Source: Octopus bimaculoides
Lineage: Eukaryota
Length of the DNA: 63,761 nt
Reading direction: 5' to 3'
Assembly (NCBI RefSeq): GCF_001194135.2
Contig: NC_068987.1
Location: 7,732,540-7,796,300, forward strand
Shown: in pieces, positions 35,598-49,020 of the stretch
Layout: each line of letters opens with the position of its first letter
Position numbering within the stretch: the first letter of the stretch is position 1
Position numbers and translations under genes: made by a program
The notes under the pieces: generated by a model
What the model saw: the letters and a program-made list of their open reading frames with translations, nothing else
Databases searched by the model: none
Told to the model about the DNA's origin: nothing

Positions 35598-35995
35598 GGG
35601 CACAGGCATGGCTGTGTGGTAAGAAGCTTGCTTCCTAACCACATGGTTCCGGGTTCAGTCCCACTGTGTGGCACCTTGGGCAAGTATCTTCTACTATAGC
35701 CTCGCGCCGACCAAGTCTTGTGAGTGGATTTGGTAGACGGAAACTGAAAGAAGCTCGTTATATATGTGTGTGTGTGTGTGTATGTTTGTGTGTCTGTGTT
35801 TGTCCCCCTAGCATTGCTTGACAACCGATGCTGGTGTGTTTATGTCCCTGTAACTTAGCGGTTCGGCAAGAGAGACCAATAAAATAAGTACTAGGCTTAC
35901 AAAGAATAAGTCCTGGGGGCGATTTGCTCAACTAAAAGCGATGCTCCAACATGGCCACAGTCAAATGACTGAAAAAAGTAAAAAGAATAAAAAAA
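35598..35995 (+). mobile_element. SINE family A, full length
   Basis: ggcacaggcatggctgtgtggtaag...ggttcagtccc...gctccaacatggccacagtcaaatgactg. Confidence 0.9.
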
Positions 35996-36669
35996 AAAGT
36001 GTATATGGTGAGCTTCTGCTTACAATGCATTGGTCTGCCTACGTTTATAGAAGCAGAAACTTACCCAAGGTGCCATGCATTGGAGTTGAACCCAAAACTA
36101 CAAGGTTGGAAAGAAAGCTTCTTAACCCTCTGGTCATACTCTGGTTGAATCATGCTTTAGAAAATTTACTGAAAGCGACCATCACTACATGTTCTTCTCT
36201 CTATGAAGACCATGTAGATACATGCAGGTTAACATATATAATACATTAAGACGAACCATAACCTTTGATCCATTGAACTTAACCCCTTAATGAAAAGAAA
36301 AATTGTTAACATTAATGACAATTATTTTTCAAAAAGAACAGGGGAGTGAACTTTGAAATTTAACTTGAGTAAAAATTTATTAGTTATGCAGTGTGAGTTT
36401 GCTCCCTTGTCTTCTGTGAAAAATTGTCATTAATCGTAATAACTTGTTTTTTGTATGTTATGAGTTTAATTTGAGAGGATTCTATACTGCTGGTGACTCT
36501 GTAGTACTCTCTTCTATAGAGTTGTGTCACCCACTCCGTAGTACTGTCTCAGATAGTGTTGTAGGACCAACTACAGTTTTGTCTCCCAATAAGTAATATG
36601 TCCAACATTATTATCTTCAATACTATTGTGTGACCCATAGTGCAATGTTTTATAATGTTGTACACACAC

Positions 36670-37005
36670 ACAATGATCATTATGATCTTCATGTAACGTC
36701 TGTTTTCCATGCTGGCATGGGTTGGACACCATCAATAAACATATGGTACAATAACATTATGCAGTTATATATATAACACATACGCATAATATATACACAT
36801 ATACATAGGAATAACATAGACATACAGACAGGCACACACACATACACACACATCATGATCATCATCATTTAACGTCTGTTTTTCATGCTGGCATGGGTTG
36901 GACATCATTAGTAAACATGTGGCACAATAATATTACACAGATATATATAACATATACGCATAATATATACACATATACATATGAATAACCTAGATATACA
37001 GACAG

Positions 37006-37010
<5 letters not shown>
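36670..37010. repeat. 176 bp tandem duplication (family C tail plus flank)
   Basis: taacgtctgttttYcatgctggcatgggttggaca at 36694 and 36870; downstream flanks also align. Confidence 0.85.
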
Positions 37011-37042
<32 letters not shown>

Positions 37043-37954
37043 CAGTTAGAGTGAGAGAGAGAGGCAGATGTTCAGAAAGAGAGTTAAAGACATGATTGAA
37101 AGTTAAAAACTCAATAGATTCTAGACAGGTTTTGATTGTTATATAATCTCGAGAAGAGAAAAGGAATCATGTCTGCAGAGTCTTGGAGCGTTCTACAGCA
37201 AATAACTTCCCTCACACACACATTCACACATACACATGCATTCACAGGTACATTACACATACGTACACATACATACATACATATACACTTATATATACAC
37301 ACCTATAAACAGGTAGAGATATACATACCTGACAAGCATTCGAATACACAAACATAAATGGACACACACACACACAGACATACATTTTGCACAGTTATAC
37401 ATACGTACTCCGTAAGTTCGTAAAATACACCAGTACAACTGGATACACTCACACACAGACATACACATGCACATACACACATATACACATATACGCACAT
37501 GTACACACACATACATATTATACAAGCACATAGACACAGAAAGATAAATGTACATACATACACACATACATACATACATACATGCATACATACATCCAGA
37601 CGTACATACATACACTGGGTATTCTGTCATCTTCTCTACATACATACATATATACATACATAAATACATACATATATACATACAAAGCTGCACATACATA
37701 CATACACTTATATATACACAGGTATAAATTGACCACAGACATACATATGCACACACACATATATATATACTGTACCAGCACATAGATACACAAAGATGAG
37801 TCAACATACATACACACAGACACATACATACATGCACACATTCATACATGCATACATACATACATACATACATGCATACATACATACATGCATACATTTA
37901 TATATACACATATAAATTGATCAGACATCCATATACAAACATATACACACTCCA

Positions 37955-38027
<73 letters not shown>

Positions 38028-38227
38028 TCACTCACTCACTTACACAGAATCTGAGATGTTTCTTGCAATCTCTTGTCTTGAAGAATGATACTTCTATGAG
38101 AAGAATCACGTGTGCGATTAATGTAGAATGATTCCAGTCCTGAGCATCCTTTATACTTGCAGAAAATATTGGTCTTGGCCTTCCAGTTACATGTTCCATG
38201 TAGATGTTGCTTCTGTTATTGTTTTTG

Positions 38228-38420
38228 TTGTTGTTGTTTCACCCCGAGTCATTCTTGACCAAGCAATCTTACGATCAAAGAATTCCCCCTCTTTAAAACC
38301 CTTTCTTTTTTTTCGCCTTTCGTAGACATATTATTTTAAAGATTGTAGATACCTCATTTTCTTTGCAGTATAATTTGAAGATGATTTCGTTGCTATTTTC
38401 AGCAGGTCAATCAATGGCAT
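38228..38420. mobile_element. Interspersed repeat family F, degenerate copy
   Basis: ttgttgtttcaccccgagtcattcttgaccaagcaatcttacgatcaaagaattcc...gatgatttcgttgctattttcagcaggtc. Confidence 0.5.
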
Positions 38421-38534
38421 ATCTGCTGCTTCATTTACTTATAGTTTAATGTTGCTGTTGTAGTTATTTATGTTGTGGGTCATCCTTTCGTATACTGACC
38501 CTAACATTGAACTCACAGGAAAATAAAATGTGTA

Positions 38535-39294
38535 TGAGGTGGTATAAAAAAAGTTCCAGGACTAGTTCTGTAGCACACCAACAGGTGGCAGCACATGGTT
38601 GCATGTGCAGTGAGAGCTAGCAGTGACCTTCATGAGGCAGTGTGCCGAGTGACATTGTTGTGTTTACTTTGCAAGTTGAGGAATTTCTGTTTTTGTGATC
38701 ACATGTGTCTGCTGTAGTCTGAGATTTTTGTCATGGACAAGAACAAAGAGCCAACGTGAAACTTTGCATTAAACTTGGGAAGTCTGCTACAGAGACACTG
38801 AGCATGCTTCGGCAAACTTACAACAACGAGGCAATGGGTTGTATGCAATGTTTTGAGTGGTATGGGCACTTCAAAAGTGAAGAATGTCCCCAGAAGATGA
38901 TGAGCAATCCAGACCGGATCTGTGAAGCATGAAGAGTTAGATTCTTCATGACAACAATGCACCCTGTCCCCGAGCTCTCCTCATACGCGAGTCTCTCACC
39001 AAAAGCAACATGGTATCTCTTCCACTCCAGCCCTATTCATCAGATTTAGTACCTGTGGACTTCCATCTCTTCCCAAAATGCTGCTCAAAGATCACGGTTT
39101 TAACACAATTGTTGAAATCCAGTGAATCACAGAAGGTCCTCAACTTGCTTATGGAAAACAACTTCCAGGCTGGATTTCGAAAATGTCAGGAACGCTGGGA
39201 CCAGTGCATTGCCGTGCAAGATGACTGTTTTGAAGAAGATGATGTTAAAATTTAGGTAAATGAGTTATTTTTTTAATTAAACATAACTAGTCCT
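38535..39294 (+). mobile_element. Internally deleted mariner transposon (pseudogenised transposase)
   Basis: TA + left TIR; N-terminus KLGKSATETLSMLRQTY; catalytic remnants HDNNA and PYSSDLVPVDFHLFP (YSPDLAP motif), ERWDQCIAVQDDCFEED; right TIR remnant actagtcct. Confidence 0.88.
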
Positions 39295-39328
39295 ATGCAC
39301 TAATGATTCTGCCAGCTCACTGCCTTCC

Positions 39329-39378
<50 letters not shown>

Positions 39379-39381
<3 letters not shown>

Positions 39382-39700
39382 CTTTTTCTTTTATTGGCCA
39401 CAAGGGCTCACATAAAATGACATTAAAAGACATGCAACAAGATAAAAAAACAAAAACAGGATGATACAATGGGTTTTACTGTGTGTACACAATATAATAT
39501 CAGTAAAAATTTAAAAAATTAAAACTCCCAATAGGGGAGGTGCTTTAAGGTCCTCATGGAAAAACCCACAAATGCCACGGATGCCAGAACAACAGGGCAA
39601 GAGCCCTTCTCCTTTTTTTTTACAGTTGCATGCTCAGAATTAGTCCTTTTTATAGTGGCCATTCTTCCAGCATCCACCTACCTTTAAACAAACTTGCTAA
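39379..39700 (-). mobile_element. Probable L1/Tx1-type LINE 3' end next to (AAT)n
   Basis: Recall-based similarity only; no intact ORF. Confidence 0.35.
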
Positions 39701-40274
39701 CAGCAACTGCAATGATAATACAAAGATAATTGTAATTGTTGATTAGGTGTCAGTACTCTGGCTAAAAGGCTGACAATTTGAAAACTAACATTAGCATTGC
39801 TGTGCATCCATTACGAGCTAATTCTTAAATGCTTAACTCTTAAACGCTCGTTTCATTTCATCATTAGTAATTAATATAAAGGAGAACAACGCAACTGCTA
39901 GAACAACAGTGAATTACTATTGTATAACTTATTAATCTTTTCATTAGCTTAGAGTGATTAGCTCATTATTTTTCTAAGATATGGGCTCCGTCAACTTATC
40001 GTATCTTGGCTTTGCAATCGTAAGGTTCCAGGGTCAGTCCCATTGTGTGTGACATTTTTGGCAAATGTTTTCTGCTTTAATCCCCTGCCCTGCTCGGCTG
40101 ACCAGAGCCTTGTCAGTGGATTTGGTGGATGGAAACTGGAAGAAGACTATCTTCTTTGTGTGGTTGTGAGTGTGTGTGTGTGTGTATGTGAAGCCATAAC
40201 TGTGGCCTATGCCAGTGTAGTATAACCAGCCCGTTTAAGAGTACTCTTCAATTATTGGACAATAAACAGTGCTT

Positions 40275-40592
40275 GCGAAGACTTGTTGAGATAAGTGAAG
40301 TTATCGTGGCTGATGACAGTTTGCCTGACTGGCATCTGTGCAGGTGACACGTAAAAAGCACCATTTGAGTGTGGTCGGTGCCAGTGCCGCCTGACTGGTC
40401 CCGTGCTGTGGCATGTAAAGAACACCCACTACACTCTCAGAGTGGTTGGCGTTAGGAAGGGCATCCAGCTGTAGAAACTCTGCCAAATCAGACTGGAGCC
40501 TGGTGTTGCCATCCGGTTTCACCAGTCCTCAGTCAAATCGTCCAACCCATGCTAGCATGGAAAGCGGACGTTAAACGATGATGATGATGATG

Positions 40593-40598
<6 letters not shown>
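40275..40598 (+). mobile_element. SINE-like family C with (GAT)n tail
   Basis: cacccactacactctcagagtggttggcgttaggaaggg...ccatgctagcatggaaagcggacgttaaacgatgatg. Confidence 0.9.
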
Positions 40599-40626
<28 letters not shown>

Positions 40627-40917
40627 CAAAATGCACCAATGCCACAAGAAGAAACAATATTCACCGAAGCTACCGGTACCAATGCTGTTGTCCCCGGTGC
40701 TGCCAGTAACAAATACCAATGCAACAAGTAAAATGCACCAATATTGGTTTTAGCTTGGCGATGAAACATAGAAGCAATAAGAGAAATGGATTCGTCAGAT
40801 GTGACAAATTAATATTTCTACTATTTAGATAAGCTCTGACAGGAAAGAAAGCCAGGTGTTTTGGTTTGCAATAATGAAAATAATAACTGTGTGTACATAT
40901 ATATAAATATATGTGTT

Positions 40918-40958
<41 letters not shown>

Positions 40959-41064
40959 ATATACACACACACACATATATATATATACAACTTCACATTA
41001 CTGGAATATGATGGATATAATTTTGTATACATATGTGCAAATCTGTACATGTGCGCGCGCACGC

Positions 41065-41102
<38 letters not shown>

Positions 41103-41258
41103 GTGTATATACGCAAACACACATAACTATATGTATACACACTCACATGCACACACACACACACACACACAACAGTACGTATACACATACATATATACAC
41201 AGACACATATATCATTATGATATGTTAACACATGTATATACACATGTACACACTATTG

Positions 41259-41325
<67 letters not shown>

Positions 41326-41579
41326 NNNNNNNNNNNNNNNNNNNNNNNNNNNNNNNNNNNNNNNNNNNNNNNNNNNNNNNNNNNNNNNNNNNNNNNNNNN
41401 NNNNNNNNNNNNNNNNNNNNNNNNNNNNNNNNNNNNNNNNNNNNNNNNNNNNNNNNNNNNNNNNNNNNNNNNNNNNNNNNNNNNNNNNNNNNNNNNNNNN
41501 NNNNNNNNNNNNNNNNNNNNNNNNNNNNNNNNNNNNNNNNNNNNNNNNNNNATATACATATATATATGTATATATTTAT

Positions 41580-41625
<46 letters not shown>

Positions 41626-41725
41626 GCAAATATGAATATGTATAGGTATATATAAATACATACACCTGTTATATTCTTATAAAATAGAAATTATTCACAT
41701 CACAAATGCATACATACACAGAAAT

Positions 41726-41860
41726 TGCCTTTCATCCTTTTGGGGTTGATTAAATAAGTACCAGTTACGCACTGGGGTTGATATAATCTCCTTAATCTCC
41801 TTGTCTGTCCTTGTTTGTCCCCTCTATGCCTCTATTGTGGGCAATACAGAAATAAGAAAT
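41726..41860 (+). mobile_element. SINE family B variant, 3' part
   Basis: ttgcctttcatccttttggggttgattaaataagtaccagtt...ttgtgggcaatac. Confidence 0.75.
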
Positions 41861-41944
41861 TAATATACGTAAATATATTTATTGACATTTGTATAAATAC
41901 TACCATATACCTCTGCTCTTGTGAATGTATGCATAGCTTTCCCA

Positions 41945-42120
41945 CACACATACACATATGACAGGCTTCTTTCAGTTTCCATCTACTAAATCCACTCACA
42001 AGGCTTTGGTCAGCCTGAGGCTATAGTAGAAAACATTTGCCCAAGGTGCCATGCAGTGGGATTGAACCTGGAACCATGTGGTCCGGTAGCAAGCTTCTTA
42101 CCACACATTGTTATGCCTGC
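41945..42120 (-). mobile_element. SINE family A, 5' half
   Basis: ggcttctttcagtttccatctac...gaacctggaaccatgtgg...cttcttaccacac. Confidence 0.88.
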
Positions 42121-42399
42121 ACCTATATATCCCCACTTAAAAGTTGATGTAGTGTTAGAACACAAGATACTGTGATATTTATAATGAGAGGACTTCTTGT
42201 ATGGTCTTTTTGGTGCATATAAGCACTCTTGTTTATGTTGCTAGCGCGAGAAAAATCATTGTGATTACTGATGCAAAGACTATGAGATCAAATGATTTCA
42301 GCCTTCTCTGGTCTTGTCAATGGTAGATACCTGACTACTGGAGATAACAGCGATGTCTGATGTAGTGATATATAGGAGAGAGTTACAAATGTGAGAAAT

Positions 42400-43560
42400 A
42401 TGAGAAAGAAAGGAGGGAGTAAGATATGAGATGGATATGAATATGGATGAGTGGGAGGAAAAGTAAAAGGGGGAGGAAGGGAAGTAAAGGGAGGAGGAGG
42501 GGAAGTAAAAGATGGAGGAAGAGGAAAAGTAAAAGATGAAGAGGAAGGAATAAAGGGAAGAGGAGGAAAAGGAAAGGGAAGAAGGGGAAAAGGAGAGGGA
42601 GGAAGGGGAAAAGGAGAGGGTGGAAGGGGAGAGGAAAGGAAAGGGAGGAGGAGGAAAAGGAAGAGTGAGAAATGGCAATGAGAAGAAGAATAAGAGGAGA
42701 GAGAGAGAGAGGGAGAGAGAGAGATTGAGAGAGAGGGAGAGAGAGAGAGAAGGGGGAGGAGTCATAAAAATGTGGGTTAAAAGTGAATTGGTAAACATTT
42801 TTATGGTTGTTTTATTGAGAATTAATATTGTCTTCATCAACAGACTACGTCATGTGTGTATGTGTGCGTACTGGCTTGTGTGTGTGTGTGTGTGTGTAGT
42901 GTGTGTAGTGTGTGTGTGTGTGTGTATAGTGTGCGTAGGTGTATAGTGTGCGTGTGTGTGTAGTGTGTGTGTGTAATGTGCATGTGTAGTGTGTGTGTGT
43001 GCATGTGTAGTGTGTGTCTGTAGTGTGTGTGTGTGTAATGTGTGTGTGCAGTGTGTGTATCTGTGTGTGTGTTTCATGTGTAGTGTGTATATACTGGCTT
43101 GTGTGTGTTTGTGTGTGTGTGTAGTGTGTGTGTGTATGTAGTGTGTGTGTGTAGTGTGTGTGTGTAGTATGTGTGTGTGTAGTATGTGTGTGTACATGTA
43201 TAGTGTGTGTACGTGTATAGTGTGTCTCTATGCATTTGTATGTATATGAATGTGTGGTTGTGTGTGTATGTATATGCATGTGAAGGAGTTGAGAGCCTAT
43301 GTGTGTGTGCGTGTTTGTGTGTGTGTGTGTATGTATATGCATATGAATGTACATGTGTGTAGAGGTGTTGTGTGTGTGTATGTGTATGCTTGCATGTGTG
43401 TATGTCTGTGCATGTTTGTGTGTAAATGTATGTGTACATTTGAGTGTGTGTAAACATGTGGTTATGTATGTATATATTTGTGCATGTGTGTTTGTGTGTG
43501 TGTGTGTACGTGTGTGCACGCGTGTGTGTGTACGTGTGTACGTGTTGTGTGTAAAAATTG
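42400..43560. repeat. Polypurine tract followed by degenerate (TG)n/(TGTA)n
   Basis: Directly visible. Confidence 0.95.
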
Positions 43561-43716
43561 TATGAAGCAAAACTTTATCTTCCAATAATCTCTCTCTCTC
43601 AGTTTATTGATCTCTCTGTCTGTCTGGCCATCTGTGTATCATCTTCTCTCTGTTCCTCTCTTGTTCTCCATACCCATATACACATACACACACACACACA
43701 TACACACATACATACA

Positions 43717-43748
<32 letters not shown>

Positions 43749-44214
43749 GGAGCAGTGAGGAGAGTCATGAGGTCAATACCCTCTGTAAAGTCAGCTGCTC
43801 TCAGAAAGGGTATCCAACCGCAAGAACCAAACTAGAGCCACATGGTGGCTCTTCCTACTTGAACCATTTTGGAAAGTGAATGTAGAGCAATGATAATGAA
43901 GATTCTCGTTTCCAAAAGTATCAGAATTTAATTCCTTAATCATTAGTCAGATCCACCACAAGGCCCAGTCTTTGTTGTGATGTGGTGGCTAGTATGCTTC
44001 AATGATCTTGAGAGCTCTGCCAGTGGAGTGTAAGTCTTTAAAGATGTTTTTGCATCAAGCCAAGATATTCACAGTAAATGGCAGTGAAAACTTAACAACA
44101 TGCTCACATGATAAAATTTAAGAGAAGGTACGACCAGCATACTTAGTCTTTCAGCATATCTACCAGTTTATTGGAAAGGTTAAGAGGAAAGGAATCAACA
44201 ATATTAAAATATAA

Positions 44215-44470
44215 TGGTGTTCTTGAGCAAGACACTTTATTTCACATTGCTCCAGTTCACTCAGCAGTAGAAATGAATTGCAACATCACTGGTGCCAAGT
44301 TGTATCGGCCTTTGCTTTTCCTTGGATAACTTTGGTGGCATGGAGAGGAATGGCCAGTATGCATGGGCGACTGCTGGTCTTCCATAAACAACCTTGCTTG
44401 GACTTGTACCTCAGAGGATAACTTTCTAGGTGCAACTCCATGGTCATTTATGACTGAAGGGTCGTTACCC
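44215..44470 (+). mobile_element. SINE-like family E sharing the core of family D
   Basis: tcttgagcaagacactttatttcacattgctccagttcactcagc is shared with the reverse strand of 51625-51670. Confidence 0.65.
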
Positions 44471-46585
44471 ATTAATTAAAGGGTCATTACCCTTTAATTT
44501 TCAAAACTGATCAATAGATCAATAGATCGAAAATGTTTTCATCTGATTAAAACTGTTATTGGTTTGTGCCATCTTTTTAGATGCAATACAAAAGACAAGA
44601 GATAATGTTAAAGTGTAGACATGAAAACAAACATCTAAAGAACTTCCACTTTAAAATTGATATGTCATGTATAGGAGTGTTTGAAAGATTGACAGTTATG
44701 TCAGCAATCCTCAAAAAGCTGCATCACTGACTAGTAACTGACAACCCACTCCAGCCATGTATGTCATTGAGGGATATTTGTGTGTGTGTGTGTGTATATA
44801 TGCACATGTGTATGTGTGTGTATGTGCATGTGCATGTGTGAGAGTGTGTGTACACATGTGTGCATGTACACATGTTTGTGTGCATGTGTATGCATATGTA
44901 CATGTGTCTGTGCATGTTTGTGTGCAAGTGTGTGTGCATGTGTGTGTGTGTGTTCATGTGTGGTGGCGGCGGTGGTGTTGTCATTGATCAAGTTGACAAT
45001 AATTATGTTTGTATTAATACTTGTGCTGACAATGAAGAAGACGATGACAATGATGACGATGATGATGGTGATGAGAATCAAAGTAGCAACAGTGGCTAAC
45101 AACAATACTACTGCTGCTGCTGCTGATGGTGATGATGACCATCATCATCCTTATGAAGATGATGATGGTGATGATGGGGAAGAGGGCAAAGTGTAGGAGA
45201 GAGAAAAGGTGGAGAAGAAGGAAGAGAAAGAAGAGGAGAAGGGAGAAGTGGAGGAGGAGAAGGAAGAAGAGGCAGAGAGGGAAGAGGAGGCAAGAGGAGG
45301 CAGAGAGGGAAGAGGAGGAGGCAGAGAGGGAAGAGGAGGAGGAGAAGGAAGAGAAGGCAGAGAGGGAAGGGGAAAAGGAAGAGGGAAGAAGCGGAGGAGA
45401 GGGAAGAGAAAGGAATAAGGACAAGGAGGAGGAGAAGGAAGAAGAGGAGGAGAAGGAAGTGGAGGAGGAGAAGGAAGNNNNNNNNNNNNNNNNNNNNNNN
45501 NNNNNNNNNNNNNNNNNNNNNNNNNNNNNNNNNNNNNNNNNNNNNNNNNNNNNNNNNNNNNNNNNNNNNNNNNNNNNNNNNNNNNNNNNNNNNNNNNNNN
45601 NNNNNNNNNNNNNNNNNNNNNNNNNNNNNNNNNNNNNNNNNNNNNNNNNNNNNNNNNNNNNNNNNNNNNNNNNNNNNNNNNNNNNNNNNNNNNNNNNNNN
45701 NNNNNNNNNNNNNNNNNNNNNNNNNNNNNNNNNNNNNNNNNNNNNNNNNNNNNNNNNNNNNNNNNNNNNNNNNNNNNNNNNNNNNNNNNNNNNNNNNNNN
45801 NNNNNNNNNNNNNNNNNNNNNNNNNNNNNNNNNNNNNNNNNNNNNNNNNNNNNNNNNNNNNNNNNNNNNNNNNNNNNNNNNNNNNNNNNNNNNNNNNNNN
45901 NNNNNNNNNNNNNNNNNNNNNNNNNNNNNNNNNNNNNNNNNNNNNNNNNNNNNNNNNNNNNNNNNNNNNNNNNNNNNNNNNNNNNNNNNNNNNNNNNNNN
46001 NNNNNNNNNNNNNNNNNNNNNNNNNNNNNNNNNNNNNNNNNNNNNNNNNNNNNNNNNNNNNNNNNNNNNNNNNNNNNNNNNNNNNNNNNNNNNNNNNNNN
46101 NNNNNNNNNNNNNNNNNNNNNNNNNNNNNNNNNNNNNNNNNNNNNNNNNNNNNNNNNNNNNNNNNNNNNNNNNNNNNNNNNNNNNNNNNNNNNNNNNNNN
46201 NNNNNNNNNNNNNNNNNNNNNNNNNNNNNNNNNNNNNNNNNNNNNNNNNNNNNNNNNNNNNNNNNNNNNNNNNNNNNNNNNNNNNNNNNNNNNNNNNNNN
46301 NNNNNNNNNNNNNNNNNNNNNNNNNNNNNNNNNNNNNNNNNNNNNNNNNNNATGATGATGATTATGATGATGATTATGATGACGACGACGATGACGACGA
46401 TGACAATAATAATGACAATGATGATGATGATGACGGCGATGATGATGATGCTGGCAGTTATGGCTGTGGTGCTCATGATGACAATGATATCAGCATCAAT
46501 GGGAATGATGAATATCATTGAGGCAAACTCATATACACACATTCCTTCCCATATATGTCCACACGTGCATATATATACATATATA

Positions 46586-46617
<32 letters not shown>

Positions 46618-47280
46618 GATTCCCATATACGCATAAACAAACATACATGAGCACAACACACACACACACACACACACATAAATACATGTATATATATACA
46701 CACACATCCATAAATTTTGCATAGACTCTCTCCTCATACATATGGATGTCTATATTTGTAATTATGCAAATAAATATGATCGTTAGTGGATAAATGGATG
46801 CACCAATTTAAACAAACAAATAAGACATCATCAATCATTCAACCTATCACAAAACTATGTCTGTTTGTCACTCTGTGTGCGTGTGTGTGCGTGTGTGTGT
46901 GTGCGCGTGTGTGTGTGTGTGTGTGTGCGTGTGTGATGAAACAAATGTATAGACTGTTATAGATTTTTATTTATAGGTCCCTCTGCAGATAGTAACAGTT
47001 TAATCATCTTTTCTCTCACTTTCTCTGTTTATACACACACACACACACACACATTTACACACACGTGTGTACATGCATAGGCACATACACTCACACAGAG
47101 ATATACAGATTACAGCAGATATACAGACATGATTTGTATATGGGGGTATGTGCAGGCTTTTGGTATCTGATTTACAAATAGATATATGTTCAGTCGTATT
47201 GATGTCCATACATATTTGTGTATATGTGTATATATATGCGTATATATGTGTATGTATGTATATGTATGTATGTATGTATG

Positions 47281-47331
<51 letters not shown>

Positions 47332-47632
47332 NNNNNNNNNNNNNNNNNNNNNNNNNNNNNNNNNNNNNNNNNNNNNNNNNNNNNNNNNNNNNNNNNNNNN
47401 NNNNNNNNNNNNNNNNNNNNNNNNNNNNNNNNNNNNNNNNNNNNNNNNNNNNNNNNNNNNNNNNNNNNNNNNNNNNNNNNNNNNNNNNNNNNNNNNNNNN
47501 NNNNNNNNNNNNNNNNNNNNNNNNNNNNNNNNNNNNNNNNNNNNNNNNNNNNNNNNNNNNNNNNNNNNNNNNNNNNNNNNNNNNNNNNNNNNNNNNNNNN
47601 NNNNNNNNNNNNNNNNNNNNNNNNNNNNNNNN

Positions 47633-47670
<38 letters not shown>

Positions 47671-47934
47671 GAATATATATATATAGATGTATATACCAAT
47701 ATATACACACACACACAGAGTGAAAGAAAGACTGACAGACAGAGATAGAGAGAGATAAATAGATACATATATACATACATGCATGCATACACACACATGC
47801 ACACACGCACAAACATACACACATATGCAAATACACACACACACATACCTATATATACGTGTGTGTGAATGTATATATATTTATGTGTGTATGGTTTTAT
47901 TTGCTGAGCTTGAAGGAGGGGTCAGTACTAATGT

Positions 47935-48235
47935 CCTTTGATCTTTGGAGGCTCTCGGAGACCTGTCAGTTGGACGCTGTTAACATTCTGTTTAAACTCT
48001 TGCAGGTCGATAACTTCTGAAAAGATGCAAATAGGGAGAAGATTCCAGAGGGATTATGATTTGGGGAAGAAGGCCTCTGGAGTATTGTGATCAGTGCAAT
48101 GCCAAAGCAGTCAACGCAACGAGGGTGACGAAAGATAGAGAGACGAGAGGGTCAGAGGTGCCTGAGTGGAGGTGGTGTGAGATAAGACAGCCAAGGGGGA
48201 ACACAGACCATTATAGTCATGACAGAAGAAAATCA
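47935..48235 (-). mobile_element. CR1/L2-clade LINE ORF2 3' end, degenerate
   Basis: LWNLLPICIFSEVIDLQEFKQNVNSVQL fits the WNxLP...FK..VN C-terminal motif of CR1/L2 ORF2. Confidence 0.65.
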
Positions 48236-48244
48236 GAAAGGGGA

Positions 48245-48294
<50 letters not shown>

Positions 48295-48340
48295 CTGTAT
48301 ACTTTCTACTTATCTCTCTATCTATCTATATATCTATCTT

Positions 48341-48371
<31 letters not shown>

Positions 48372-48410
48372 ATCTATCTATCTATCCATCTTTCCATCTA
48401 TCTATCTATC

Positions 48411-48441
<31 letters not shown>

Positions 48442-48854
48442 CTATTTATTTATCTCCATCTATCTTTCTCTATGGTGGTGGCAGTGGTGGTAGCCAGGGA
48501 TGATGGTGATAGTAAGCAATGTGTAAGACAGTGGTGATGGTGGTGGAGGGGAAGGCAGCGAAGTCAAAGGTATTGATAGTGGTGGCATCAGAAGTCTGAA
48601 TGGTGTATGTATGGCAGTTGTGGTGGCAATGGTGGTGCTACTGGTGATGATGATGGTTGAAAACAATCATCAGAAAGAGAGTGAGAGATTTTAGACAAAA
48701 AAAACTGTACTGACCCCTGAATGGGAAGACAAAAAATACTGTTTATCATGCAGCTTTGCAATAATTTCCTAGTTGACAAATTATGTCATTTTTTGATGAA
48801 AATTGTTCATTACTTGAAAGATATTGGTCAAATTTGATAAAACAGTTCTATATT

Positions 48855-49020
48855 TAAGAGATGAGGAATTATGTACATTATTTACATTATTTACATTTGA
48901 CGGATATTTGTCCTCATCTTGTTTGTTGTTAACACAACATTTCGGCTGATGTACTGTCCAGCCTTCATCAGGTGTCTTGGGGAAATTTTGAACCTGGGTT
49001 CTCATTCCTAAGGTATTTTT
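48855..49020 (-). mobile_element. Penelope-like element terminal repeat fragment
   Basis: Carries a hammerhead motif; PLE pLTRs are known to carry minimal hammerheads. Confidence 0.55.
48931..48976 (-). ncRNA. Minimal type I hammerhead ribozyme motif
   Basis: GACAC CUGAUGA A GGCUG-gacaguacau-CAGCC GAAA U GUU GUGUU: intact core, 5 bp stem II, 5 bp stem I, loopless stem III. Confidence 0.65.

Noticed and set aside
40639-40731. 30-codon ORF MPQEETIFTEATGTNAVVPGAASNKYQCNK
   Set aside because: No promoter, splice or homology support; expected by chance
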